A stretch of DNA of 63,827 nucleotides, filler included, from Diploschistes diacapsis (lineage: Eukaryota), in assembly GCA_023645945.1 (NCBI GenBank). It is 6 parts of 6 records of this genome, joined end to end, with 100 filler letters (N's around TTAATTAATTAA, not from the genome) between each part and the next. Parts side by side here need not be neighbours in the genome. Positions count along the whole stretch, not along the records: positions 21,354 to 31,905 come from JALAIB010000913.1; positions 32,006 to 42,549 come from JALAIB010000914.1; 4 more parts are not named here. One strand, 5' to 3'. Under the pieces are notes generated by a model that did no database searches, was not told the origin of the DNA, and was given only the letters and a program-made list of their open reading frames with translations. A program made the translations under genes and the position numbers. Positions 21,679-33,995 of this stretch are shown piece by piece; position 1 is the first letter of the stretch, and each line of letters begins with the position of its first letter.

Positions 21679-24600
21679 ATGTCTTCTTTCAGAGCATCCT
21701 CATCGTTTTCCCAGAGAACGTCCACCACAAGTCTATCTTCTATGTCTACTGATTATGCACGCGACATGCGCTCCCAAGCAGAATTCAGCACCACAAGCAT
21801 CAGCAGGCCGAAGACTAGGGCAAGAACTACTATATCTACGCTGGGAGGCTCAGGTGACCAACAGATTGTTTGTGCCATTGCCGAGTCTCGAGGTATCTCT
21901 CCTACTGTTGGCTTAGCTTTTGTCAATCTTTCCACAACCGAAGCTGTTCTCTGTCAGATAGCAGACAATCAGACCTATGTCCGAACGTTGCACAAGCTCC
22001 ATGTCTTGGAACCGACGGATATTCTTCTTCCGAATTCGGCAACCTCGCCTGTGAAGTCGAAGCTGTTCCAAGTTCTTGAGACGAACTTGGACTTCGACGC
22101 TCCGTTGACCTCCATCACGAGGCGGTATTGGGATGAGACCGCAGGTAGCCAATACATTGAACGCATGGCATTCAAAGAGGATGTAGAAGCTATCAAGGTT
22201 TCGGTTGGAGGCAACTACTTTGCAACATGTTGTCTGTCGGCGGCACGTACTGCAAACCAGAAACAATGGCGCCAGCTGATCGGTTGCAGTGCCTGAAGTA
22301 CATTGAGCTAGGTTTACATGTTTCTTTCGCTCCCCATTCCATGCGTATCAGATACGAGCCTTCGGAGGGCTCAATGATGGTAGACCTATCAACCATACAC
22401 TCACTCGAGCTAATACAGAACCTTCAAAATGCAAAATCAAAAGATTGCCTATTTGGCCTGCTCAATCAAACCTTGACAATTATGGGATCTCGACTTCTTC
22501 GGTGCAATATTTTGCAGCCACAGACGGAGCAATCCGTCCTTGAGAAACGCTACGCAGCGGTTGAAGAGCTGACAACTCAAGAGGCGAACTTTTCCGCTGT
22601 ACGCAAAGGTCAGTTATTGGCCCTCAAACAATGACAGCGCAGGCTGAACCTCTTAGCGTTGGGAAATTTTCAAGATATCGACAAGGTATTATCGGAGGTA
22701 AGGTTGATTTTTATACTAGGGTTGCTATAACTGAATGTTCAGATCGTCATCATACCTACTAGACCATCTCTACAACGCTGGGAATTGTCTCTTAACAATG
22801 TGATACTCCTAAGACAATATGTCAGGCTAATTCCACCTCTGTATGAGGCACTAGAAGGGCTGGATAGTGATCTATTTCGACAAATCCGGGAAGTAGGTAA
22901 ACTACATTAACTCAGCTATTAGGTGGTTAACGATTGCAGATATGTGCACCTGCAATGATCGAAAATGTATCGAATATCCTTGACGCTGCCATCAATGAAG
23001 ACGTCTCATTTCAGAAGAAGCCCCTAGATTTGCGAAATCAGCGTACATATGCCGTTAGGGTAGGGCTCGTTGAAAGTCAATTGGACCGCTGCTTATGGTG
23101 GGTAGGCTGGACAAAATGGGTTGCTTGAAGTTGCGAGGCAAACATATAAAGAGGCCAGCCAAGACGCTGTGAACCACATGAATGAACTAGCTGGTACGTA
23201 CACTGCTTGTTGTCCATTATCTCAACTGACCCTTTTTAGACGCTCACGACCTGAACCTTGATCTCAAGTATGATCCTCGACGTCATTTTTTCCTAACCCT
23301 ACCAACGTCGGAACTCGAGGAGCGAAATTTGCCCGCTATTTTCATCAATGTCTATCGTCGAAAGCACATCATCGAGTGTCAAACTCTGGACTTGATCAAG
23401 TTGAACCAGAAGATCAACGACTCTCATCACGAAGTGCTACAGATGAGCGATCGTGTTATCCAAGACGTTATTGAGAGTATAAGAGCCGATGTCGCTCCGT
23501 TGTTCAGGATAAGTGAGAGTATAGCCACAGTAGATATGCTGGCAGCGTTTGCCCAAGTAGCGACAGCTCAAGACTACTGCCGTCCAGAGCTCACCTCGAC
23601 CCTTGCGGTCAAGAGTGGCCGTCATCCTATCCATGAGAAGATCCGCAAGGGCAAATTCATCCCTAACGATGTCTATGCAACGCAACAAGCCCGTTTTCAG
23701 ATTATTACAGGTTGCAATATGTCCGGCAAGAGCACCTACATTCGTTCTATTGCCTTGATGACGATCATGGCGCAAGTTGGCTCCTTTGTACCTGCCATGT
23801 ATGCGTCATTTCCCATCCGTCATCAGCTATTCGCACGGCTCTCGCTTGATGATAGCTCGACGTCCAACATATCCACATTCGCTTCGGAGATGCGTGAGAC
23901 AGCCTTCATTCTCCGCAATGTCAACCGTCAGTCGCTGATCATAATCGACGAGCTTGGACGTGGAACCTCAAGCCGTGATGGTCTAGCCATCGCACTTGCT
24001 GTGGCAGAAGCTCTCATCCAGTCTAGAGCAACCGTCTGGTTTGTAACGCATTTTGTAGACTTGGCAAGATTCCTCGCCGAGCGACCTGGTTCGGTCAACC
24101 TGCATCTCGCTGTACAGCTCGAGGAACAGAGCCGGATGAAGATGCTATATCGGATCACACAAGGACCAGTAGAGGAAGAAAATTATGGCATCACTCTTGC
24201 CAAGGTCGTAGGTCTTCCTCCAGACATCCTGGCGCGTGCCCAAAATGTCTCAAACAGCATCAGACAGGGCCGTGCAATCCGACGCAAGGATAATAGCACT
24301 TTGATACAGACGAGAAAGAAGAAGCTGTTCCTCGGCCTTGAAGAGCATCTGGTGCAAGTCAAAGAAGGGTCGCTTAGAGGCGAGGACCTCAGAAGCCACC
24401 TCAAGAGTCTGCAGGATGAATTTGTCAGAAGGTTCAGCGAGCTCGAAGATGAAGAGGCGGCGATGGCAGCTTCCACCGAGACTTTCGAGACTGTATCGTC
24501 GAGCATGAGCAAGCCTCCCTCTACATATAGTGACAGTGAGGATGCCCAGGGAGCGGTGGCAGCAGACGCGATCACGATTTCTAGCGCTACAGAGTCCGAG

Positions 24601-24714
24601 CGCTCCACGACCGCTGACACGGGGTCAGAAGACACGAACTCGTTAGTCTGGAGCCCTCCAAGAACTTGGAGGCAGAGGCCGGATCCTGGCTATATGATGT
24701 GTGGAGCTCTATAG
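21679..24714 (+). CDS. MSH4: Meiosis-specific MutS homolog MSH4
   Basis: MSH4-type N-terminus AIAESRGISPTVGLAFVNLST with no mismatch-recognition domain. SLELIQNL, Walker A ITGCNMSGKS, STFASEMRE, IIDELGRGTS, FVTHF. About six short introns between 22243 and 23239, the first GC-AG. Confidence 0.93.
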
Positions 24715-24918
24715 CTCGCGTCGATTGATTAGAAGAAGCTCATGGTGTCGTAACCATGCACGGTGCTTGTGAGGCTATTAAATTAAGCTTTGAGCGCTGT
24801 GATGAAGCTACTAGTGTTCGCTGCTCCTATCTCGAGAAAAGTCGATGCTACGGTCCTGGATGAATGTTTCAAAAGAGTTCCACGTGTTGCTACGTTGCTC
24901 AATCAAAGACCTTTCCCG

Positions 24919-27164
24919 TTATCGAAGATCACCCACTCTTTCGAGAGTACCCGCTTCGCTTGTACCCTCCACGCCCTGAACAACATCAAGCCCATTAACG
25001 CCCCCCGACCGACCCTGCGCCGCTCCCTCCAGCACCTCCCCTTTACTCATCCCCGCCTCCCTCGCCGCCCTAACCACCTTCCTCTCCTCCACGAAAATCC
25101 TGCACCTCTCTCTTCCTTTCGCCACGTCCACGCACCAGACCCCAACGCTTGCTGCCGTGCACAGCGCAAACAGGAAAGGAAACCCTGTCCAGTTATTTCC
25201 GGTGTTGTTGACTATGGCCTGCACGACATTGGGCCCGATGATGCTGGACGCTCTGTTCGTGATGCCGAAGAGGCCGAAGAACATGTTTTCGTACCCCCGC
25301 GGCGCGAGTTCGGACATCATGGTCTGGCTATAGGCGTAGTAGGGGGCTTGGAAGAGGCCGAAGATTATGTTGTAGAGGTAGAATTCCCAGAGATTCTGTT
25401 TAATGGGAAAAAGAGGGAAGGGGGTTGTTAGCGAGGTGGATAAGCTGTTTGGATAGATAGGGTGGGAGTAACAAGGGTTTGAGTGTTTGATGCGGAGAGG
25501 AAAGGAGAGAAAAGGTAGGCGTTGCGGTTGGGGTCGACTTACGTGGTAGCCGATGCGAGTGGTCCACAGTCCGATCATGCCATACAGGGGGATGAGGATG
25601 CTAAAGAGGTTGGTGAAGATGAACATCGGCTTGGTGCGTATGCGGAAGTAGCGCTGAAAGTACCAGAAGCCGAAGGTGGAGAAGATGGAGCAGATCGCTG
25701 AGGAAACGTGAGTTGGCATGAAAGGGGTAGAGCGAGGGGGGTTTGAGTTCGAAATTTAGAGTATGGTTGGAGCATCAGGAGCTTACCCTGGGTAAGGCCG
25801 AGATAGGTAAGTTGGACGAAGGAGAAGGTGATTTCATCGTTCTGGATGATGCTCACGAGCGTTGCTAGGCGCTTGTCAGCATTTTCATTTCTGGTATATC
25901 TGGGAATTGGCAGTACATACTGGTCGTATTAAGACCGTCGGCAAGGAGGAAGAACGCGAAAAGGTACAGGAACGTTTGAGGAAGATATTTGATTTCTCTG
26001 ATTGCAAGCGCTACTTGCTTGTACCCTATTGTCAAGTAGCTTGACCCCTTGGGCATGCTGGGGCCAGACCGCTTCTGCTGCCAGATAAACCACGGAATAC
26101 CAAGGATAACCCAGTCTACTCGCGTCAGTACTTGCTTAGTTGCTATGGGATCAGAAGCTCACAGGAATTTGTCAGACATAGAGCAAGATTATTGGCGTAC
26201 GAGTTTCCCTGGAGGGGGAGCAAAACGCTCAGGTTGACGGCTAACGTCAACAGATACCCAATGTTCGAGTGCGCGGTGGAAACGTTCGAGATGTGGTTTC
26301 TCTCCAGACTCTCCACCATCTCATACTCTTCCTGGCTAATCTTCCCCCCTTTCAGCTTCTCCTCCCTCGCCTTCCTCACATGCGGCATATATCTCGCCAG
26401 CCTCGGGAAAACAGCAGCATAGAACACCAGCGTAGCCCCATACGACACATAGGCAACAATATACAAGCCCATAGCAGTAGGCCACTGCGATGAGTCCCGG
26501 ATAACCAGAAACCCATACTGAAACACCCAACAGATGATCGTCAACGCGAAGAGCAACCAGCGCCCGAAAGACCCGTAGTCAGCGGCGCTACCGAGCCACA
26601 CGAACAGCACGGTCATGAAGATGAACGTAAGGCCGTTGGCGATCAGCACCACGCTGGACACGGACCGCGTGCCGCCTACCCATGGCACAACACACGCGCT
26701 GGAGCCGGTACATGGCTGGCCATTGCCGGGCTGAAAGCCAGCGCTCTGCAGCATGGACTGGAAGCTGCGGATGATGGATCAACACAGGTGCTAGCCAGTA
26801 CGAAGGAGGGCCTGGGTGGGAAGAAGCTTACAGCGCCTGCGAATAGGAGCCTGGGCCGACGCCGTTGTCGCCTGGTCTGTAGTAAGCTCCGGCGAAAGCA
26901 TGGGATGCGGCGAGGACGCATACCATTATAGTAGAGATAGTAGGACCACAGCTCCTTTCTCGAGGTGGTTGGCTGCTCGAAGGCATCCTCGTCTACGCCG
27001 AAGAGTCGCTCGAACCTCTCCAAGTTCTCCTTGATCTTTTGCTGGTCGGGGACGTCGGTGGCGGTCGAATCCACAGCCTCCTCCACCGCGTCCAACTCTG
27101 CAGCGTCTCTCATATGTCCGATGCGGATTGTAGTATGGTTTGGGACCCTCATGGAAAAGGCCAT
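24919..27164 (-). CDS. ATG22-like vacuolar MFS transporter (multi-exon)
   Basis: TTSRKELWSYYLYYNG/DNG, GSAADYG, LERNHISNVST, AFFLLADGLNT, QAPYYAYSQTMMSELAPRGYENMFFGLFGITNRASSIIGP. Several GT-AG introns; start codon tentative. Confidence 0.85.
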
Positions 27165-27704
27165 GCATGCATCTTGAGGCTTTTTCTAATAGGCAAGACT
27201 ATCCATGAGGACAAGCCTTGCTTCGAGGGGGTTTACCCCGCCCATGCAAGTGCAAAGGGATCTAGAGTGTGCTTTCGGCCACAAATCTTCCATACAAGGC
27301 TCTGAGTTGTTGTCCTTGTTAGCCCCCTTTAACTTGTTGTGTCTCTATATTATTAAGTGCATCTCCGTAGAGCTTTCTGCGTGTCCGATGGGGTTTGTCC
27401 GCTTTTAGAAATTAGAAATTAAGCGAGTTGAATTATAGCTGCAGCTGCCTTATATCAACTTTAGACCACGACCTTCTATAGTACAGTATCCATCTTCTAA
27501 TCCATCCACCTCTACTATTATCCTGAAAGCATCATACACCTCATTATCCCTATCAGTGGTAGGCAGTACGCGTTATTTTTTATAGCAGAATTAGAAACGC
27601 ACCGCAAGTACTGCGCAACAGGGTGCATTAATCAAGAAGAATGTTTTTGCGTCTACCGGATTTCCTATATACCTGTTATTGAATGCACTCGCTAATGTAT
27701 ATGA

Positions 27705-29494
27705 TCATAATTTCGGCTGAAACTTTGGGTTCGTCCGAATTCTTTCGCCGTATCGTGTGAGGAGTATGGGCACTGGCAAAAGTGCCAGCGATATGAAGCC
27801 GAGTAGTGAATTCCCCCAGCCCAAGCCTAACTTTGCGTACATTGGCAGTCCAGCTAGAGGAAGTATTGCGCCAACCAGCGAGCGCCAGATAGTATTCGCC
27901 GCGAGCGCTGACGCCGCGTATATCGTGAACGCGTCAACGAGATATGTTGTTATCGGCATAAAGGTTCCAATCAAACCCAACCCGACAAAGCCTGTGCCGA
28001 TAATTGGAGCTATCCAGTGCACACCATACTGGGCAGTCCAGCCGTACAGAAAGAGGCCGATGGGGATTGCAACCGCTCCAGGAAACATGACGGGAAGACG
28101 ATACTCGGGCTTCATCTCGCCAGAACCAGCCTTTGCTTTTAAGATACGGTCTGACAGCGTACCGAAGATGGCCAAACCGATGAACATACCAACGCCAATG
28201 CCTATGTACGACAGCCCCACAGTTCCTTGTGAAAACCCATATTGAAATTCGAACACGATGGTAATTGTTGAGAAGAGAAGGTAAAGGTACCCATAAACCA
28301 CGGCCATGAGAGTGGATAGAATCAGGACAATGGGCGACAGAAAGAGAAGTTTCACCGGCCGTACAATAGCCATGGAAAAGGCTTTGCCAGGGGTCAAACC
28401 TCGATCAAGTTTTGAGCGCAGAGCATCGTTCCCTGTTTCCTTACGCAAGCGCCTAGCTTTCTTCTCAAGGATAACAGGTGTATACGATTCGCGGAGGATA
28501 ATTGCCATGGAGATAATGACGCATCCCATCTATTACGTGTTAACAATAGTACTGTAAGAGCTCAAGTGAAACGTACAGCAATAGCAATAACCCAAAACAC
28601 CCACCTCCAACCCTTGGCCTGGCAAAGAAAGCCTCCTCCAATCGGTCCCTGCTCGAATCAATAACGTGGTTTTCGCAACGGACGCCTCAAATACGCACCA
28701 CAACGGGCCCTATAAGGGGTCCCATCGACCATATAGCCATGGCGCGCCCACGTTCTTCTTGCCGGAACAGGTCTGCCACCGTCCCACCTCCCATGGTGAT
28801 AGCGGCAGATCCTGCGATACCCTGCAAGAAACGAAAACCAATCAACATGTTCAAATTCGAGCTGACTCCGCATGCGATGGTGAAGATGAGGAACAGCACG
28901 TTAGTGGCGTTATACAAAGGCATTCGGCCATACAATTCCGATAGTGGCGAAATAACCATCGGACCACAGGCGTATCCCAAGACGTAGATGGAGACAACGA
29001 GGGCTTCAAGAATGGTGTTACTCGATTGAAACTCCTGGAACACTTGAGGCACTCCAGGAGCGAACATTGATGAGGCCAAGGGCCTGTTCGTCCGCCATCA
29101 ACATCGGAGGCTTTCCCCGGAATTTGGGTACTTACGTGACGAGAGTAAGAAACGACAAGATGGCCACCATGCTCCACTTCTTCGAGATTGACCAATTCAT
29201 GGCCATTTCCGGGTCTTCAGGCCCTGTGAAATCCACTATGTTTGGATCCGAGACCACCTTCTCTGCCTGCGCGGCGTCCGCTTCAGACCCACCGTTTTCG
29301 ACATCTTTGCCTAGTTCCCGCTCGCCCTCGGGTGCTGCGGAAGCTGTCGTGGCACTCGAGGCATTCCCTCCACTTTTGACTTCCGGTGCCAATGTTGAGG
29401 CTTCCGTAGACTTGAAGCTGCCGCGCGGGGAGTGACCACCAGCCTCGATGCGTTTAGAGTCGTTTGCCAAAAGCGAAGCTCTTCTCTGGTCCAT
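27705..29494 (-). CDS. MFS drug:H+ antiporter (DHA1 family)
   Basis: [56 protein letters not shown]. Multiple introns between 28530 and 29135. Confidence 0.92.
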
Positions 29495-30027
29495 CAGGGT
29501 GGATAACGGTTGCTGGATGGCGCAATATGACCCCAACAATGGTGCAATTGATAATAGACAAAACGGAGATAAGTTATGTTGTTTCTGTTATACACCTACC
29601 ACCTCCCTCCCCTTCTGACAATCAGCAGATTCGATAGCGGATGCTTTGAAGCCGTAGCTGTTCGGCATGTTTGGTGGCAGTAAATAATGAAGACTTTATG
29701 CAAACAGTAGGTAGTGTATTTCAATAAAAAGTGGTCGATCGGCTCAGTAGCATGCTTCACCCTTCTTCCAGCCTGATGGATGCCAGAAAGCGGTGAGAAT
29801 GTGCGATGAGCTAGCGATAAGCTAATAATTGAGCTTCAGCCAATTAGAGAGTGCTTATTATGTAATCCTCTTCTCTTTCCTTGTCATCTCATCACCATAC
29901 CATTATCACATTGTCCTCCACCGCCACTGCCACCAGCCTCGAAACAGATCTACAGGAAACCTCCGTAGCCTCTGTGATAACATCTCCTTATCCGTCACTG
30001 TCCCTCTGAGCCTCGTCGCTTTTCCTA

Positions 30028-30905
30028 ATGGCTACTGCCCTGCGTCCAGCGACGTCGCGCCTCCTCAACTCCGCTCGCCCCCTCATCAAGCCCGTGGTCA
30101 CAAGCCGATCTTATGCCACAGCTGAACCCATCCCATCTCAAGAACCAAAACTAAAGACGTTCCATATCTACCGATGGAATCCCGACCATCCAACGGAAAA
30201 GCCAAAGATGCAGGCTTACACGCTGGACATGAAGAAAACAGGCCCCATGGTGCTGGACGCATTGATCAGGATCAAGAACGAGATGGATCCCACCCTAACC
30301 TTTCGACGCAGCTGTCGCGAGGGTATATGCGGAAGCTGTGCCATGAACATCGATGGCATCAACACCTTGGCCTGTCTTTGTAGGCATCCCGGCCCTTCCG
30401 ACACTTGAGACCCCTAACGTGCTCAGGTCGTATCCCATCCAATCCGTCACATGAGACTCGCGTTTACCCTCTGCCGCACACCTACGTCGTCAAAGATTTA
30501 GTACCAGATCTCACGCTCTTTTACAAGCAGTACAAGTCCATCAAGCCCTACCTTCAGCGAGACACACCGCCACCCGATGGACGTGAGAACAGGCAATCGA
30601 CGGAGGACCGTAAGAAACTCGACGGTCTCTACGAATGCATCCTATGCGCTTGCTGCTCGACCTCGTGTCCGTCATACTGGTGGAATGCCGAGGAGTACCT
30701 CGGCCCGGCCGTACTTCTGCAGTCTTACAGGTGGATTGCGGACTCGCGGGACGAGCGCACCGATGAGAGGAAGAGGCAGTTCGAGAACGACATGGCCCTC
30801 TACCGCTGTCACACGATTCTCAACTGTTCAAGAACTTGTCCCAAGGGGCTAAACCCGGCCAAGGCGATTGCAGAGATTAAGAAGAGCATGGCCACAGGGG
30901 CCTGA
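30028..30905 (+). CDS. SDH2: Succinate dehydrogenase iron-sulfur subunit, mitochondrial
   Basis: Presequence; [49 protein letters not shown]. Intron 30380-30426. Confidence 0.98.
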
Positions 30906-31246
30906 GCGTATGACTTACTTTCCTCGTATCATGGGTCGACGAACAGTTTGCAGCAAGCTCTTGTGATGTATATAGTCTTTTATTTCAAAATGACGTGCAT
31001 TTTCAAATACCACAACGTCTATGATGCCTCTATAATTATCCGCGCTTTCCCCGAGGTCTGGGCTCATGATACAGCAATCGATATATGAAATACGTAAGAG
31101 CGGCATTGTCCAGTTCATTGTATGCGTACTCTTTATAGTCATACCAGACATTAGCGCGCACTCTTACCTAGTGAAAAGATTGATTCCCAGGGGTAGGGCA
31201 GTGCATTCCGCCTGCCGGTCTGTGGGCCGTTTAAGTTGTGACAGAC

Positions 31247-31905
31247 TAGAGTCGTGACCCTAGTACCCGAGCAGACCCTAGTTACCGAGCACGTGATACA
31301 ATAACAAAACTACAATAATAAATATTTAAAATGAAATATCTTTTAAAGTAATTAATTTAAAGCCCTGTAAATCGAATAGTAGTTATATCTAATTTTATAA
31401 ATTTATTTATTATGTCTAATTGTTAGCGTCGACGACGCTAGCGATAGAAAGTCTTTTTAAGATAACCAGCCTTTCTTTCGGGATTATCTTTTTATTTTTA
31501 TTTATTTTAATAGCCTGAAGTATTATTAACTTCTTTTTTTTAGCCTGCTTCTGCTTTTTCTGTCTATTAATCTCGTAAAATGTTTGTTTTTTCGCCTAAC
31601 GCGCGTCAGCAGCTTTTATAAAAATTAAAAACTTATTTCTTATAATTACGATAATGTATTTACGTTTTTAACGATATGTCGAGACTTTCCTAAGCTTTTT
31701 ATTCTTTGTCGTTAAAAGCGTAATTTCTATAAAAATCTTTTTAATCGTTTTAATCATTTTAAGGAAGTTTCGGGACATTTTAAGCTTTTATCGAAAATTT
31801 AAAGTCGAGTTTTTTAAAAGATTTATCTTTCGGAGAGTTCAAGGCGTTGTAAATAGGGTATAACGAGTTTTAAAGGCGTTAAAAGGGTCCTCGACGATGT
31901 CGGAA
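31247..31905 (-). mobile_element. Fot1/pogo-like DNA transposon relic (copy 3), RIP-like AT-rich, cut by contig end
   Basis: Begins TA-GAGTCGTGACCCTAGT (same terminus as copies 1 and 2). Minus strand has a stop-ridden transposase C-terminal-like reading (TTP*TLRKIN...EITLLTTKNKKLRK at 31727-31689). CpA/TpG poor, TpA rich, CpG retained. Confidence 0.75.
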
Positions 31906-32005
31906 NNNNNNNNNNNNNNNNNNNNNNNNNNNNNNNNNNNNNNNNNNNNTTAATTAATTAANNNNNNNNNNNNNNNNNNNNNNNNNNNNNNNNNNNNNNN
32001 NNNNN
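31906..32005. other. Artificial contig spacer
   Basis: N44-TTAATTAATTAA-N44. Confidence 0.99.
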
Positions 32006-33134
32006 ATTCTGCCTTGTGGAGCACCTGTAATTTACAGATGTGTTGGATTTTCCGGGAGTACTTACTGCACCATACAAATTTGTATGGAGCATCAGGTACT
32101 TCGGAAACCCTCTCTTGTTTGTTTACTTTTTTGTTGCTTACTTCAATTTTTTCTTCCATTTTTTTTCTTGTACTAACATACTCAATAGATACACGATGTC
32201 TGGCCTGCCTGCGCCGCCGTTTGTGACTTTCGACGTCGCTATCGACGTCAACGATCCCAACGACGTCTATATCTTCGACCTGCTCTCGCCCGCTGCGCCC
32301 GACCGCGATCGCGCCCCTTCGCCGCCGCTAGCACCTTTGCCTCCGGCTGGGAGGCTTTACAGCTTCCCCCCGGGCCTCCCTAAGAGGAGAGCGCGTTTGT
32401 TGGCCGTCGCGGACGTCCTCAAGATGTCTGCGGCGGAGTTCGACGCGCTCTATCGGTGCCGGCAGTGGCGTGCCGATTCGCCGTCGACGGTCGACGAGAA
32501 CGACGTCGAGATCAAAAGACCGAGCGTCTTTCGGGTGCTTGCTGCGCAGTAAGTTGCCCTGGGCTACGAGCTCGAAGACGTCTCGCGCGCCCTCCGCGGC
32601 GCTGACGATATCAGGCTCCCCGCGGGAGCTTAACGTCGTCGGCGGCAGGTAAGTGGCCCCCTCTAAACGCGATTCTCTACTAATTACGGCAGTTTAGGGA
32701 GGTTTTAAAGGGCCTGCAGGCCTCCTTCTACGATTGAGAGGCTGCGGCGGAGCGGGAACCGCCCGAGACCCGCGACGGCCTCATGCGCGCCTTTCTGGAC
32801 GCCGCAGGCGGCCTCGCTGACGAGATGCGACGTCGTGCGGAAGATGGGCTGGCTGGGAGAGGATAGAGGACACGGGGAAGGGGTGGAAAACGGCCTCAAC
32901 GCCGTCAGAGGGGAGGGAGGGGGTCCTACGTGATCTCAACACCACATTTTTTGTATATACGCGTATATAGAGCTTCAAATTCATTACATTTCTATTAAAA
33001 ACTTTACAAATTGTAGAATGACTTAAATTTCTATGTAAATTGCTAACTAATTTATGTACCTCGGCAATCGCAATCGCGGCGGTCAAGCCAGATTACCACT
33101 AAAATTGTTTACTAGCGGCTCCACAAGGCAGAAT
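32006..33134. mobile_element. Unclassified ~1.13-kb element with terminal inverted repeats
   Basis: ATTCTGCCTTGTGGAGC (32006-32022) is the exact reverse complement of GCTCCACAAGGCAGAAT (33118-33134). The contig starts exactly at the left repeat; interior composition differs from host genes. Confidence 0.65.
32196..32866 (+). pseudogene. Spliced gene of unknown function inside the TIR element, with three in-frame stops
   Basis: 5'-UTR intron 32096-32188 (TACTAAC branch), ATG 32196, intron 32649-32692 (GTAAGT..CTAAT..CAG) keeps frame. Stops TAA 32550, TAA 32631, TGA 32735; restored product ~208 aa. Confidence 0.55.
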
Positions 33135-33556
33135 AACACAAGCCCGTATTCCCCGCACACAAAAAAGTTTTTGGCGCTTATCGAGATCGGGTGGTATAAC
33201 CGTGATCTTCAACTATGTTCAGATGCTAGCGTATCACAAAGACACCTTTCAATAGAGAGGAAAAGGACGTCTCATGCTAACATTTGAGTATGGCTTAACG
33301 CTCCTGCATCTCCGCCCTTGCTTTTCTCCCTCCAAGTCATCCAAACCCAATTTCGGACCCGGGTGTTTGAGCGCTTTGTAAACGTCGAGGGTTCATTCTC
33401 GAACTCAATGCCGTAGCCGATTTGGCAGCTGTGTTACCCTTCAGCAGCTCAGTACGCGGACAGTATCACTTCGCTCTAGGCTCTCACCCCTACCGCTCTT
33501 GACGGAAAGTAAAGGGCGCACCAGAATAGAGGTAAATCTGGAAATGTGACATCGCA

Positions 33557-33995
33557 ATGCCGTGCCCAGCCTGCTTCCAAGGTGTCGAACGCACTGACGC
33601 GAAGCCAGCTGGTAAAGAGGCCCGGATCCACGGATTAGGCTGCTACGTCGCTTATCTAGCCAACGGTCAGCTTGCTCGAGGCATCATCGCCATCGTTCCA
33701 GACGCATCTGGTTGGACGTTCGTGAGCAACCGTCTGCTGGCCGACGAGTATGCTCGACAAGGGGAATTTCCAAGTGCACCTCCAGACTTCATGAACGGTG
33801 AGTGCCGCACATTTCAGCTTCTAGCAAATCAGTAACTGACTTCTACCACTTGCACAGGCCAAGCCTGTCCTCTTTGGGTCCCCAACGAGCTGGACAGTGA
33901 GTCCGGTGAGCCAAACTACCAAAGGTGTGAGATTGGTCTTCAGTGGACATGGTATTCGCCTCCCTTGCGAATCTGGCGAAGCTGTCAGCGTTGAA
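33557..33995 (+). pseudogene. Dienelactone hydrolase family gene remnant
   Basis: MPCPACFQG..PAGKEARIHGLGCYVA..GIIAIVPDASGWTFVSNRLLADEYA..PDFMNG matches the fungal DLH N-terminus. After an intron (33798-33857) similarity collapses and no G.C.GG nucleophile motif is found. Confidence 0.7.

Noticed and set aside
27705..27716. C-terminal PKL of the MFS transporter as PTS1
   Set aside because: Polytopic membrane proteins are not imported by the PTS1 matrix route.
31247..31262. hAT assignment for the TAGAG-starting terminus
   Set aside because: TAGAG fits the hAT end consensus, but paired direct repeats in the TIR and a Fot1-like transposase C-terminal remnant favour TA target site plus pogo-type element. 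Not fully excluded until both ends and the TSD are seen.
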